Positions 10,686 to 20,899 of a stretch of DNA of 64,000 bases are shown in pieces. This stretch comes from Porphyridium purpureum. Its lineage: Eukaryota. Positions within the stretch are counted from its first letter, which is position 1. Each line of letters begins with the position of its first letter. The notes under the pieces are model-generated. The model made no database searches, was not told the DNA's origin, and saw only the letters and a program-made list of their open reading frames with translations. Location: NCBI GenBank assembly GCA_008690995.1, contig VRMN01000010.1, forward strand, positions 496,001-560,000. Reading direction: 5' to 3'. The translations under genes and the position numbers were made by a program.

Positions 10686-11263
10686 ATCGCACTGCTCACC
10701 TCTTTCCGGAGAAAGAGAAATATGAAACGCATCACGCCGCACTTTGCCAGAAAGCTGCTCACAGTTTCCGTCGGCTTCATATAAATATGCAGGTTCTGCA
10801 CTTTAATCATTGCATGAAAACAATGAGACAGACAAACAGAATGCACATTCAAACCTGCCAAAACTTCTCGTGACCTCCCCAGTCAATCAACTCGATTCAC
10901 TTTCATTTTCATTTGCGAAAAGGCTCATGTGGTTTCAGAGCTGACAAAAATCAACAAGAACCGAAACGACTCGATTGTTTGTGAATGAGACCGGATTTCA
11001 TTCCATCTATCCTTCTATCCTGGCATCATCGTCCAACCTGACGCCGGACGAAGCTCTCTTTCAGCCATCAGCCTGCGAAGGGTCGGCGCCTTCTCCGACC
11101 TTTCTCGCTCAGAAGAGCCACCGGGGGCGCAACGTGCAAGAATATTAAAATAATGATTAAAAATGTGTTAAATAAGTACAGTTCTGAGGTTCAACTTTGC
11201 GGACGTGCCGCGATCGGGGCGACATGGGAGCGCGCGGGAGAGGGGAGAGGTGTTGATGGGATC

Positions 11264-11881
11264 ATGGTGGAGCCTACACGGATACCATGGCGAAAGCTGG
11301 AGCGCGAGGTGCGCAAGTATGAGTGGAGCGAGCGCTTCAAGAATGCGAGCGTGATGGTGTTTGCGCAGCTGATGCGCGGCGAAGGGTGGGGGCGGAAGAT
11401 GGCGCGATTGAAGTTGCTGGAGCATCCGCAAACCGAGGCGTCGCTGCAGGAGGCAGATGTGCATTATATGGCGCCGGCGCTAGGGAAGAGGGTCATTCGT
11501 GGGACTGCGTACGAGCAACGCTTGTCGCCGATCTTTCGCGTCGCGCCATTCGCCGTCGTGCACGGTCGGGACCCAGATAAGGTGCTGGCATTGTCAACAC
11601 GATTACGAGCCATGTACCCAAAGGCAATGTTCCTGGCCGCTCGCTTCGATGATATTATCATCGATCAAGCGGCTCTCGTAGAGCTTGAAAAAGGTCCGAA
11701 GACGGCCGGACTCTTCGCTGAGCTCGTGCAAACGATTTCTGCGAGGCCGGCTATTGTGGATCTGCTTGACCAGTCGGTTGGCCAACTTCGTACCCTTCTG
11801 GATCAGTCCAACCAGTCGATCGCCACAAGACTCCAACAAATGGAATCAGAGAAGGCTCCTGATTCACAGCCGAGCGAGTGA
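11264..11881 (+). CDS. Ribosomal protein uL10 family, likely mitochondrial
   Basis: Overall L10-like pattern (basic N-helix, F...SVMVFAQ, FLAARFDD-like strand, C-terminal amphipathic helices). An alternative in-frame ATG lies at 11153. Confidence 0.6.
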   Translation: MVEPTRIPWRKLEREVRKYEWSERFKNASVMVFAQLMRGEGWGRKMARLKLLEHPQTEASLQEADVHYMAPALGKRVIRGTAYEQRLSPIFRVAPFAVVHGRDPDKVLALSTRLRAMYPKAMFLAARFDDIIIDQAALVELEKGPKTAGLFAELVQTISARPAIVDLLDQSVGQLRTLLDQSNQSIATRLQQMESEKAPDSQPSE

Positions 11882-12260
11882 AAACCGCTCGATACGGCAA
11901 GGTACGTGACTCTTTCTTTCTTGCATCGCAGGGAAACCACTTTGTGACCTCAAGGGGATGAAAAATTCAGTATGATCTGTCAATCTTCTGACCTGCCTCT
12001 ATGGGCATGAAGAGACTATTCACAATTACCTCTAAGAAGCTCTGATGATTGGGGGAGCAAAATGGAAGAAGCTTGTGGGATCCGGTCGGCTGCTTTCTTG
12101 CATCAATTACTAACGAGATTCACATCGCCCTTACTGTTCGTTCCTCATTCTCTCTTTGTGTTTACGCTTAATGTTCGCCACCGCAGAAGATGTACTTTAG
12201 CCGGAGAACCAGCGCTGCGGGGTCGTTTGGCATACATTTCAACGTGTGCATATAGTATGG

Positions 12261-14069
12261 CTAAATCAAAATCATATTCTGGATACTGATGACGATGCCA
12301 CGGCGTGACGCACGCTCAAGCTCGTGGTCCTGATCCGCGCGGACAAACGCCATCCATCGCGCATCACGAGAAAAACGAATGCACGCATTGTCTTCCAGCA
12401 GCGCGTTTCGAGATTCATGCACGGGAAGCAGCATCGTGCTGGCGCTTTCTGCTGTCATCGCCTGGTGCTCGTGCACGGTCAACTTGAGCTTCCACTTATT
12501 GTCGACCGAAACGAGTCCGACCAGCGCACGCGACGCGGCGGCGCGCTCAATAGGAGCGTACCCGTTCGTGAGACTCAGAAAAGACCTGCGTGTATCCGGT
12601 TCCAACACGGCCGATGTTTGCTTCTGCAACGCGACGTACCGCCGCATTTTGACGTTGTCTGTATCGTGCGCCACCTTTGACATTTCGAGTGGCGTCGAAC
12701 TCGAAGGCGCTGTTAGCGAGACATGGCATAGAGCGGAGCGAATCTGGCCCCGATACGCGCTGTGGCTGTGCCGATGGGCATCTTTAAAGTCTCGGAAGAC
12801 AAGGTACTCCCACGAAGCAGAAACCGCGCTGATACGACAGTGCGACTCGATATCGAGTGCTAGGCAACGCTGTGCCATACGCCAGTCATAGATCAGGTAT
12901 CGGTAAAACGTCCCATATCCATCGTGGAAAAGCAGGAGTAGTTGCTCACCTCGATCAGATGATTCTCGAGGCTGAGGACCAAATTTCAAATCAACAAGCA
13001 CCGAGTTGCCTGTTTCATCGCCGACATTCCAGGAACTGAGTTCGTAGAAGTGATCCTGTGCGACCGCAAAGATATACACCGTGTAGGTGCGCGCATTGTA
13101 AACAGCACAGTAGTTTCCGCAGAGCGACAAGACGGCGAGCGTCGTGTGCGAAATCTTATTTTTCGCGCAGCCCTGTAGAGCGATGCGACGTATACGCACC
13201 TGCATATCTCCACGCTCTGGCGCGTGCACGAGATGTGCCAAGTAGACAGCATTTTCGCGTGCATGTAGAATGACCAGGCGTCTGCCATCATCTGAGCACA
13301 TCAGCATGAGCTCGCCAGGCACAGACGAGCCTTCAAGCGGTGTGCGCAGAATCGAACGAGTCGGGACATGCCAAACCAGCAAAACCGAGCTCTCGCGCTT
13401 ATAAACGCCCTCTTCTTGGCAAAGCGCCACGATGACGTGTCCATTTCCGGAGACCTCGACGCAATGCGGAACGTGACCCACATTCGACACTCTCACACTG
13501 TCGTGGAACTCGGCAAAAGCAGCAACCGTGTCGTAAGCCAAAAATGCAGGATTTGCAACAGAGTCTTCATCCCTGTCCTGCAACGCAAGGTCGTCAACAT
13601 CGGCGCCCTGCGCATTCGACAATGTCGCACTTTGTCCGGAGCGTTCCCGCGGACGTCGTGGCCACACCGACCCAAACGAAAATCGGTCCGCAAGTGCGAG
13701 CTGGAACCTATCTCGAGCGCACAAGTGCCCCGCGATAGTCCTCAACACTTCTGCGTCCAATAGCTTCCACGCAGAGCCGGCGCGACCGCGCCCATCGTTG
13801 TGAGCGTCAGCAATCGATGCGTCTGCTTCGACTGCGACGCCCACCATCGCAGGTGGCACAACATCGCTCCCCTTCTCCTCGTCCTCTTGCATGTCCTCGT
13901 TCTGACCCTGCCCCTTAGCTTGCGCATCCGCGTTGGTCCCCGCACTCGCGCCCGAGGCCGCACAACCCAACGGCATTGCAACAGAGCTGGAACGCCGCTG
14001 TTGCCGGCGATTCAAGCCATCCTTCTTCCTCTGCCCAGCATGACGCGACTTCCCGCGTGACGCGGCCAT
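12261..14069 (-). CDS. F-box-like protein with probable beta-propeller C-terminus
   Basis: LLDAEVLRTIAGHLCARDRFQLALADR resembles an F-box; repeated S-x-D/N-G beta-turn motifs follow. Confidence 0.6.
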   Translation of the reverse strand: MAASRGKSRHAGQRKKDGLNRRQQRRSSSVAMPLGCAASGASAGTNADAQAKGQGQNEDMQEDEEKGSDVVPPAMVGVAVEADASIADAHNDGRGRAGSAWKLLDAEVLRTIAGHLCARDRFQLALADRFSFGSVWPRRPRERSGQSATLSNAQGADVDDLALQDRDEDSVANPAFLAYDTVAAFAEFHDSVRVSNVGHVPHCVEVSGNGHVIVALCQEEGVYKRESSVLLVWHVPTRSILRTPLEGSSVPGELMLMCSDDGRRLVILHARENAVYLAHLVHAPERGDMQVRIRRIALQGCAKNKISHTTLAVLSLCGNYCAVYNARTYTVYIFAVAQDHFYELSSWNVGDETGNSVLVDLKFGPQPRESSDRGEQLLLLFHDGYGTFYRYLIYDWRMAQRCLALDIESHCRISAVSASWEYLVFRDFKDAHRHSHSAYRGQIRSALCHVSLTAPSSSTPLEMSKVAHDTDNVKMRRYVALQKQTSAVLEPDTRRSFLSLTNGYAPIERAAASRALVGLVSVDNKWKLKLTVHEHQAMTAESASTMLLPVHESRNALLEDNACIRFSRDARWMAFVRADQDHELERASRRGIVISIQNMILI

Positions 14070-14418
14070 GTAATCTCTGCTCTAGCGCGTCTTCCGTCGC
14101 CGCGGCTCTCCAACCTTGTTGCTTTCAGCTCCGTCTCTTTCCAAACATCTCTCTGCCCTTCCCTTCCTCTTGCGCCTCACTTGCCTCGCAGCGCGCGAGT
14201 TGAAAAAATTGAAAGGAGCAAAGAAAGTGTACCTCCCCGTATGCATCCACTGTACCATATCCGAATATAAAAGTACAGTTCACTGTACATACCTGTGAAA
14301 TGCAGAAGTGCAATGTGCTGCGGCATTGCATCCGCTGTTGAGCAGCACGTGTGTGCAGCAGCAGCTGCTGGGGACATGGCACAGACGGCATGGCGCGGCA
14401 CGGCATGGCAAGCGTGGG

Positions 14419-16302
14419 TTATAGGACGTTGAGTACGTCGAGCTGCAGAATGGAGGCTTGGCACTGCAGCAGCTCGCCGAGGTTTGGACGCGTGCGTCCG
14501 AAATCGCCATCGATGAATTCCTTGATGTAGGTGCCGCTCTGAGCGCGCAGGTCCAGAATGAGGCACCGAGGGCTGACCAGTCGAGCTGACATGGACATGA
14601 TGCTGCGTTGCCGGGTCATGACTGCGCGTCGGTGCATCACACGCACGGGGGTTCGCTGGGATAGTATCAATGGTTTCGCATCGTGCAAGGCAGACAGTTG
14701 CTGTGCGCTGGGTGTGTTGGAGAGGTAAACAACGCATCGATACATCTTTTCGTGTTCCGCGTGCCGTGTCTGCTTGACTGTGGCAGCAGAAACACGCGCG
14801 AGCTGCGACACTACCACGACGCCGCGGGCCTGCATATTGATCTGCTCCATGAGCAGCTGCAAGTCAAACGTTTCGTCCAGGTTTCGACACCCTTTGAGCT
14901 CGACGCAAAAGGGGCGCCCATCGCCCAGCATGCGGACGTCGCGGTCTTCCCGCCCACTTGCTGAGAACACACCCTGCTCCGCTCCGTACATTCCCTTGAG
15001 AATGGGCACGATAAAAGATTCCACAGATGAGCTCGCTGCAGGTGTTGCCTGCTCCTCATGAAGCAGCTTCGCTTCTCCAGACGCAGACAAGCGTCGCTTT
15101 TTCGTCAGTTCCGTTGCGGTCTGGTCCGTCGGATCGCCTTTCGCGTCGCTGTCTTGAAGCAGAAGATCGCCGCCCTCTGTGTCATCGGTAAACCACGGAG
15201 TTTGCGACACTCGGCGTGAATACTTATTGTACCTTCCGGTGAGAAAGACAGACTCTGACTCGAACCATACCCAGCTTTCCATTTCGTCATGCACGTTTCC
15301 AATTGCGTCTAGTGCGTCCAGTTTGACGCTCAGAAGCTTACGGCACGCTTCCTGCAGGTTTTTCCTGGATAGCCGAAATTCATCTTCTGCTCGGTTGTAG
15401 GTCGCGCCTATTATCTTTTTCTTTGGACCCTGCGCTCCGTGACTATTTCTCGCCGACTTTGTGAGCTGGCGGTGCGAATCCTCATCCGCGTCGCATACAT
15501 CGTCAACCACAAATGCAAATTCGTGGCTTGTTTCCTGATGTGTCAGACTAATCTGTACAGAAACTGCGCTAGCGGCGCGCCCGACCGGGGAGCTGCTTGT
15601 CGCTTGAACGATGCAAACATTGAGCTTGCGCTCGAGAAAGGGCGCGAGCAGCGCCTTGGCAACTACAGGAAGTCTCGCGTAAAGATTGGCGAGAGCGGTG
15701 CTGGTCATGCCTCTCTCTTTCAAACGCGCCTGCATGCACGACACAACGGCATGTTCGCGCAGAAAGCTCGAGGCCGGCAAGCTGAGGTGCAATTCGACGC
15801 CACCGGATTCTGGCAACTGCCATTGCTCTTCCCGCATCAATTCCGCTGCTTGCTCAGCAACGCCCCTAGCAAATTTCTTACTCAACAGTCCAAAGCAAAC
15901 CACACACGGCGCGCGCCTAATGTTCGCTGGCTCGCCAAGATCGCTGCTGCTCACACGTAATTCTGAATCTGCCCCTGCAGTTGCGCTGCCCCAAAAAAAA
16001 GACCTCACGAGGTGTCCTACTCTGACCCACCACCCATTCATGGGTCGGCCATATCGCAGCGCACCATCAAGCTCGAGTTGCTTCTGCTGAAGCTTGTGAA
16101 TCCACGACTGCAACAAATCTTGACTGTCAATGGATTCCGCTTGTGTTTCGTCGTCCGCTGCATCAAGACGGAGACCCAGCCTAGCGACGGCTTCCACAGG
16201 AACGAAACGCAAGGCGCATTGCGCGCATACGCCAAGCTCGACACACACGCCAAACTGGATCGCAATAATTCGCGCAACATCGCCTGCCATTCTTGATGCC
16301 AT
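14419..16302 (-). CDS. PUS10: tRNA pseudouridine synthase Pus10
   Basis: GRYNKYSRRVSQTPW, SGREDRDVRMLGDGRPF, QRTPVRVMHRR, GTYIKEFIDGDFGRTRP; N-terminal CxxC. Confidence 0.95.
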   Translation of the reverse strand: MASRMAGDVARIIAIQFGVCVELGVCAQCALRFVPVEAVARLGLRLDAADDETQAESIDSQDLLQSWIHKLQQKQLELDGALRYGRPMNGWWVRVGHLVRSFFWGSATAGADSELRVSSSDLGEPANIRRAPCVVCFGLLSKKFARGVAEQAAELMREEQWQLPESGGVELHLSLPASSFLREHAVVSCMQARLKERGMTSTALANLYARLPVVAKALLAPFLERKLNVCIVQATSSSPVGRAASAVSVQISLTHQETSHEFAFVVDDVCDADEDSHRQLTKSARNSHGAQGPKKKIIGATYNRAEDEFRLSRKNLQEACRKLLSVKLDALDAIGNVHDEMESWVWFESESVFLTGRYNKYSRRVSQTPWFTDDTEGGDLLLQDSDAKGDPTDQTATELTKKRRLSASGEAKLLHEEQATPAASSSVESFIVPILKGMYGAEQGVFSASGREDRDVRMLGDGRPFCVELKGCRNLDETFDLQLLMEQINMQARGVVVVSQLARVSAATVKQTRHAEHEKMYRCVVYLSNTPSAQQLSALHDAKPLILSQRTPVRVMHRRAVMTRQRSIMSMSARLVSPRCLILDLRAQSGTYIKEFIDGDFGRTRPNLGELLQCQASILQLDVLNVL

Positions 16303-16376
16303 TTCGCCCTTGATTCACCATGACCGTGGCAAGCCGTGTGTGGATTCACAAGTAAAGAAGAGAGGGGACGAACGAG

Positions 16377-17933
16377 ATGGCGGCATTTCTGTGTCTGGGA
16401 GCCGCGGGAAAGCGTGCGAGCGTGAGTTTCGCGTCATCTGGATTGTGCCACTTCCCGTCTGATTCCGGAAAGTTTTGTGTGTCCAAGGCCGTGGTCGGGA
16501 GCACAAGTGGACGTGTGCGCGTCGCCCGCGAAACGCCCAGGTGCGTGTCTTCGTCGCCGTCTTCGTCACAATATGACTATGACCTGTTTGTGATTGGAGC
16601 TGGATCTGGAGGCGTGCGTGCCTCGCGGATTGCGGCGTCGTATGGCGCGCGGGTGGCGTGTGCTGAGGAACGCTACCTGGGAGGGACGTGTGTGAACGTC
16701 GGATGTGTTCCGAAGAAGCTGTTTGTGTATGGGTCGCACTACGGACATATGCCAGAAGAAGCGCGCAACTTTGGATGGGACTTTGGCACTGATAAAAAGC
16801 TTGACTGGGCGCGGTTTATCGAGAACAAAAACGCCGAGATTGAGCGCCTCAATGGCGTGTACGGGCGGATTCTTGAAAATGCGGGAGTGCAGAAGATCTG
16901 GGGAACAGCATCCATTGTGGATGCGCACACAGTTCAAATTGGGGAGCAGAAGTACACCACAGACAAGATTCTGATCGCGACGGGTGGCTGGCCGAACATG
17001 CCAAAAGTTCCTGGCATCGAGAATGCCATTTCTTCCAACGAGTTCTTTTTCCTTAAGGATCTCCCAAAGCGGACCTTGGTCGTGGGTGGCGGCTACATTG
17101 CTGTTGAGTTTGCGTGCCTACTGAATGGCTACGGCTCGCAAGTCACGCAGATCTATCGCAGTGATCTCTACCTGCGCGGATTTGACCGTGATGTGCGCGA
17201 GTTTTTGGCTGAGCAGATGGTGGCGCAGGGCGTCAATCTCAAATTTAAGACGGACCTCAAGGAAATCGTGAAACTTAGCTCTGGTGCTTTTAAAGTGGCA
17301 CTTACGACAGGGGATGAGATCGAGGTAGACTGCATCATCTGTGCAACAGGTCGCAACCCCAAGTCGAGCAATCTCGGCATCGCGGAAGTCGGGGTGAAGA
17401 TGGGTAAGAAGGGTGAAATTCTTGTGAACGATCGCAGCCAGACAAATGTGCCGAACATCTATGCCGTCGGTGACGTGACAGATCGCGTCAACTTGACGCC
17501 TGTCGCGCTGGCCGAAGGGCATTGCTTTGCCGACTCTGAGTTTGGCGGAAAAGTGCGCATGCCTAGCTACGAAATGATCCCAACTGCAGTGTTTTCGAAC
17601 CCAACCATTGGTACATGTGGACTGACGGAAGAAGAGGCGGACGCCAAGTATGGTCGCGACGATGTGGATGTGTACAAGACCAACTTTCGGCCCATGAAGC
17701 AGACAATCGCTCAGGGAACCGAGCGAACATTGATGAAGCTTATCGTGCATCGTTCCACCGACAAGGTTGTGGGTTGTCATATCGTTGAACCTGCTGCCGG
17801 AGAGGTTATCCAGCTTGTTGGGGTCGCAATGAAGGCCGGCGCGACAAAGGCCCATTTCGATGCCACCATTGGCGTGCATCCGACTGCTGCAGAGGAGCTC
17901 GTGACGCTGCGCTCGCGTGTTGATCGATCGTGA
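16377..17933 (+). CDS. GR: Glutathione reductase with plastid-type transit peptide
   Basis: GAGSGG, GGTCVNVGCVPKK, GGGYIA, HPTAAEE; Ser-rich MAAF leader. Confidence 0.95.
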   Translation: MAAFLCLGAAGKRASVSFASSGLCHFPSDSGKFCVSKAVVGSTSGRVRVARETPRCVSSSPSSSQYDYDLFVIGAGSGGVRASRIAASYGARVACAEERYLGGTCVNVGCVPKKLFVYGSHYGHMPEEARNFGWDFGTDKKLDWARFIENKNAEIERLNGVYGRILENAGVQKIWGTASIVDAHTVQIGEQKYTTDKILIATGGWPNMPKVPGIENAISSNEFFFLKDLPKRTLVVGGGYIAVEFACLLNGYGSQVTQIYRSDLYLRGFDRDVREFLAEQMVAQGVNLKFKTDLKEIVKLSSGAFKVALTTGDEIEVDCIICATGRNPKSSNLGIAEVGVKMGKKGEILVNDRSQTNVPNIYAVGDVTDRVNLTPVALAEGHCFADSEFGGKVRMPSYEMIPTAVFSNPTIGTCGLTEEEADAKYGRDDVDVYKTNFRPMKQTIAQGTERTLMKLIVHRSTDKVVGCHIVEPAAGEVIQLVGVAMKAGATKAHFDATIGVHPTAAEELVTLRSRVDRS

Positions 17934-18154
17934 GCAGAGACAACGCCGGAAAAGAAAGCAAACTTTGTCTTGTATTTTGCACGTTCTGTTTCTTGACTCG
18001 CACGCGTTGCTAAGAGCAGCCGCAGAGGGCGGGAACCGACATGTGCAGCGCTGTCGTGAAATTTAAATTGCAAGAAGATGTAGCAAGTGGCTGATACAGT
18101 AGTAATAAGTAGACTTTTTTCTTCAAAAATAAAAGGACACTAGTAGAAAAGAGA

Positions 18155-19441
18155 TCATTGGCGACGCTCAATGTTGGCTTCCATACCAGCATTCAGAATT
18201 TCTTCGTCGATCTTGATGCCGTAGCACTTGTTCTCCTCGTCCAGGTGCATGTTGCCGATCTGCGTCACAAGGCCCATGGTCGGCTTGCATCGCAGGTAGT
18301 GCTTGTCGTATGTCAGCTTCTCCAGCACCTCGGTGAGCGTCATTGTGGACGGAATGTATACTGGAAGCCCGGCCTTCTCAAAGATCTCGTAGTGCTTGTC
18401 CACCACAGACTCGTCGCACAGGTCCATGATGTACGCAATTTCCGCAGACACGCACATGCCGATCGCAATCGCCTCGCCGTGCAGCAGCGCAGGCCCGTAG
18501 CCAGGTGTCCACGACAGGTGCTCCACGGCGTGTCCAATCGCGTGTCCGTACTGCGGGCACATCTCGTTGAAGTCGGACGCGTGGTAGTCCGTGAGCGTGG
18601 GCGCCTTGTGCTCCACCGTCATGCGCACCACCGCCTCCAAGTACTTGGTGTCGCGCATGTTGTGGATCCCCGCCAGAATATACTCCAGCATTTCCGGCGA
18701 CTGCGTGATCGCGTGCTTGATGCACTCGGACAGCCCGTTCAGCAGGTGGCGGTCCGACAGCGTCGTCAGCGTCGCCGGGTCGCACACCACTTTGCACGCA
18801 GGGTAATAGGACCCCACCAGGTTCTTGCCGCGCGGGTGGTTCACTGCCTGCTTAAAGTCGATCGCCGCGTCGGCCTGTCCCATCATCGTCGTCGTGATGT
18901 GCACCAGCGAAATGCCTCGGTACAGCGAGCTCGCCAGGAACCCGCACAGGTTGTTCACCACGCCGCCGCCCAGCGACACAATGCACGAGTGCTTGTCAAT
19001 GCCAGAGTCCAGGATCGAGTCAATCATCCACGACAGCGTGCTCAGCGACTTGTGCATCTCGGCGGACGACTCGCCCGACTCGTCGCACGCGTCCGCCGGC
19101 ATCACCAGCTTGTCCACGTTCAGTCCGGCCGCGCGCATCTCGCACAGCACCATGTCGCCGTACAGCTCGTCCACAATGCTGTCTGTCACGACATAGTTCT
19201 TCGACAGGTGCGACTCTTGCGGCAGCACGCTCCTGGCGTAGTGGCGGAACTGCCGCAGAATGCCGTCCTTGACAATCACGTCGGTCTCCATCTTCTTGTG
19301 GTACCGTCCAAAGTGCGCCGTCACTGGGGCCTTCTTCTGCTTGATCGCGGGCGCCTGCTGGACGGCGCCCGCCGCGGGCTCCACGAGCGCCGACTTGTCC
19401 ACGACGTGGACATTCTGGTTGTAGTTGTTTGCGGTCAACAT
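18155..19441 (-). CDS. Sugar-phosphate cyclase (DHQ synthase superfamily), 2-deoxy-scyllo-inosose synthase-like, copy A
   Basis: GGGVVNN, RGISLVH, KQAVN, GKNLVGSYYP, LSECIKH, YGHAIGHAVE, HGEAIAIGM; strong GC-ending codon bias. Confidence 0.85.
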   Translation of the reverse strand: MLTANNYNQNVHVVDKSALVEPAAGAVQQAPAIKQKKAPVTAHFGRYHKKMETDVIVKDGILRQFRHYARSVLPQESHLSKNYVVTDSIVDELYGDMVLCEMRAAGLNVDKLVMPADACDESGESSAEMHKSLSTLSWMIDSILDSGIDKHSCIVSLGGGVVNNLCGFLASSLYRGISLVHITTTMMGQADAAIDFKQAVNHPRGKNLVGSYYPACKVVCDPATLTTLSDRHLLNGLSECIKHAITQSPEMLEYILAGIHNMRDTKYLEAVVRMTVEHKAPTLTDYHASDFNEMCPQYGHAIGHAVEHLSWTPGYGPALLHGEAIAIGMCVSAEIAYIMDLCDESVVDKHYEIFEKAGLPVYIPSTMTLTEVLEKLTYDKHYLRCKPTMGLVTQIGNMHLDEENKCYGIKIDEEILNAGMEANIERRQ

Positions 19442-19625
19442 CTTGCCTGTGTAAATCTTTCGTGCGGCGTAGGAGCTCTTTCTCGTCTAACGCTTCGAAA
19501 CTTGGCCACTCACGGTCCTTCTTCTTGTGCTCTCAAAGTGTCCTCCTCTTCCTTGTCTGTGCTATACTCTTCTTCTTCCTCCTCTTCCTACGACTCTCCG
19601 CAACGCTTGGCCGGCGGAGCGGCAA

Positions 19626-19631
19626 TTTATA
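19626..19631 (-). promoter_or_regulatory. TATA box of cyclase copy A
   Basis: TATAAA in the conserved context gcgacTATAAAttgccgc, ~185 bp upstream of the ATG; retained in both arms near where homology ends. Confidence 0.6.
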
Positions 19632-20709
19632 GTCGCCACCACGAGCGTGTCGCTTCGCAGCTGACCGCAGAACGCCAAGCGCGCGGCCGCAACGGACAGC
19701 ATGCTTTCGACGCTGGCAGTCCAACTCGGTCCGAGCAGCTAGAGCCAAGTCTGTGGTGTCGTTCGCGGCAACTTGGATGCAACGTTACAACCGAGCCACC
19801 CAAGATTAATAAAAAAAATCAATCGACGCGTAGAATAGAATCTACATGCGATCGGTTGCCACAAACAGATGCCAAGTAAACTCCGTGTCTGCGTCGTTGA
19901 CGGTCTTCCACTTGCCTCCTTGCTTGCCCACGTCCTCCCACTACGTGCTGTGGAACAAAGCCCCGCCCACCCCCGCCAACTCGCGAGACGAAGCTGCAGC
20001 GCTCGAAACTCGGTTTCCAATCACTGTACCCCCGGTGTCAGTTATTTCTCTATCAAAACCGGGGTGTTTTACTACGAAAACAACTTGAGAAGTCAACCCC
20101 TAATTCTATTTATGTGAGAAACGGAGAGCCGCAGAAAGCGGTGCGTGTGTTCCAGGTGGAGCCGGAAGCTGGAACACTTATCAGCTGGTGAGGTGGAGAG
20201 AGTTGTGAGCGATGTGAAACAGGTGACTGGACAATTGGACGGGTGGGACCGACCGGGGTCGACGGGATGATTGGCTGACAGCCGTCCGTTCCGCGCTGGC
20301 GTTAGCGGTCTGCCGCAAAGCAGGCTGTCCGTTGAGGCTGCGTGCGGCGCAGAATCCGTGTCACTGTTTCCGGATGCATGTTGGGAGCGGACCTGCTCGA
20401 GGTATCGGTTGACCACTCAGCGCGGTGCGCAGCTCGGCGGACCGCGCCGATGAGCCAATCAGAAGACGCGCGGCGAGCCGCGGCGTGTGGCGATTGGGTG
20501 GATTGAGGGAGCCGAGCTCGCTGCGACATGTGTAAATGCGCAATTTCTATCGCTTTTTTTGAATTTTGGGCGTGGTTCAGAGTGTCAACTCAGCTTTGGA
20601 GCCTCACCTGCGCGCGTGTGCGGACGAGTGATTCGAATGAGGCGATTCACTGTTCGAATGCAGGCTTTGGTCCGGCCATCACCGGAAGCGACACTCGCGT
20701 GGCGGCGAC

Positions 20710-20715
20710 TATAAA
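20710..20715 (+). promoter_or_regulatory. TATA box of cyclase copy B
   Basis: Same TATAAA context as copy A. Confidence 0.6.
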
Positions 20716-20899
20716 TTGCCGCTCCGCCGGCCAAGCGTTGCGGAGAGTCGTAGGAAGAGGAGGAAGAAGAAGAGTATAGCACAGACAAGAAAGAGGAAGA
20801 GCGTTTGAGAGCACAAGAAGAAGGACAGTGAGCGACCAAGCCTCTAAGTGCTAGACGAGAAAGAGTTCCTACGCCGCACGACAAAATTACACAGACAAG

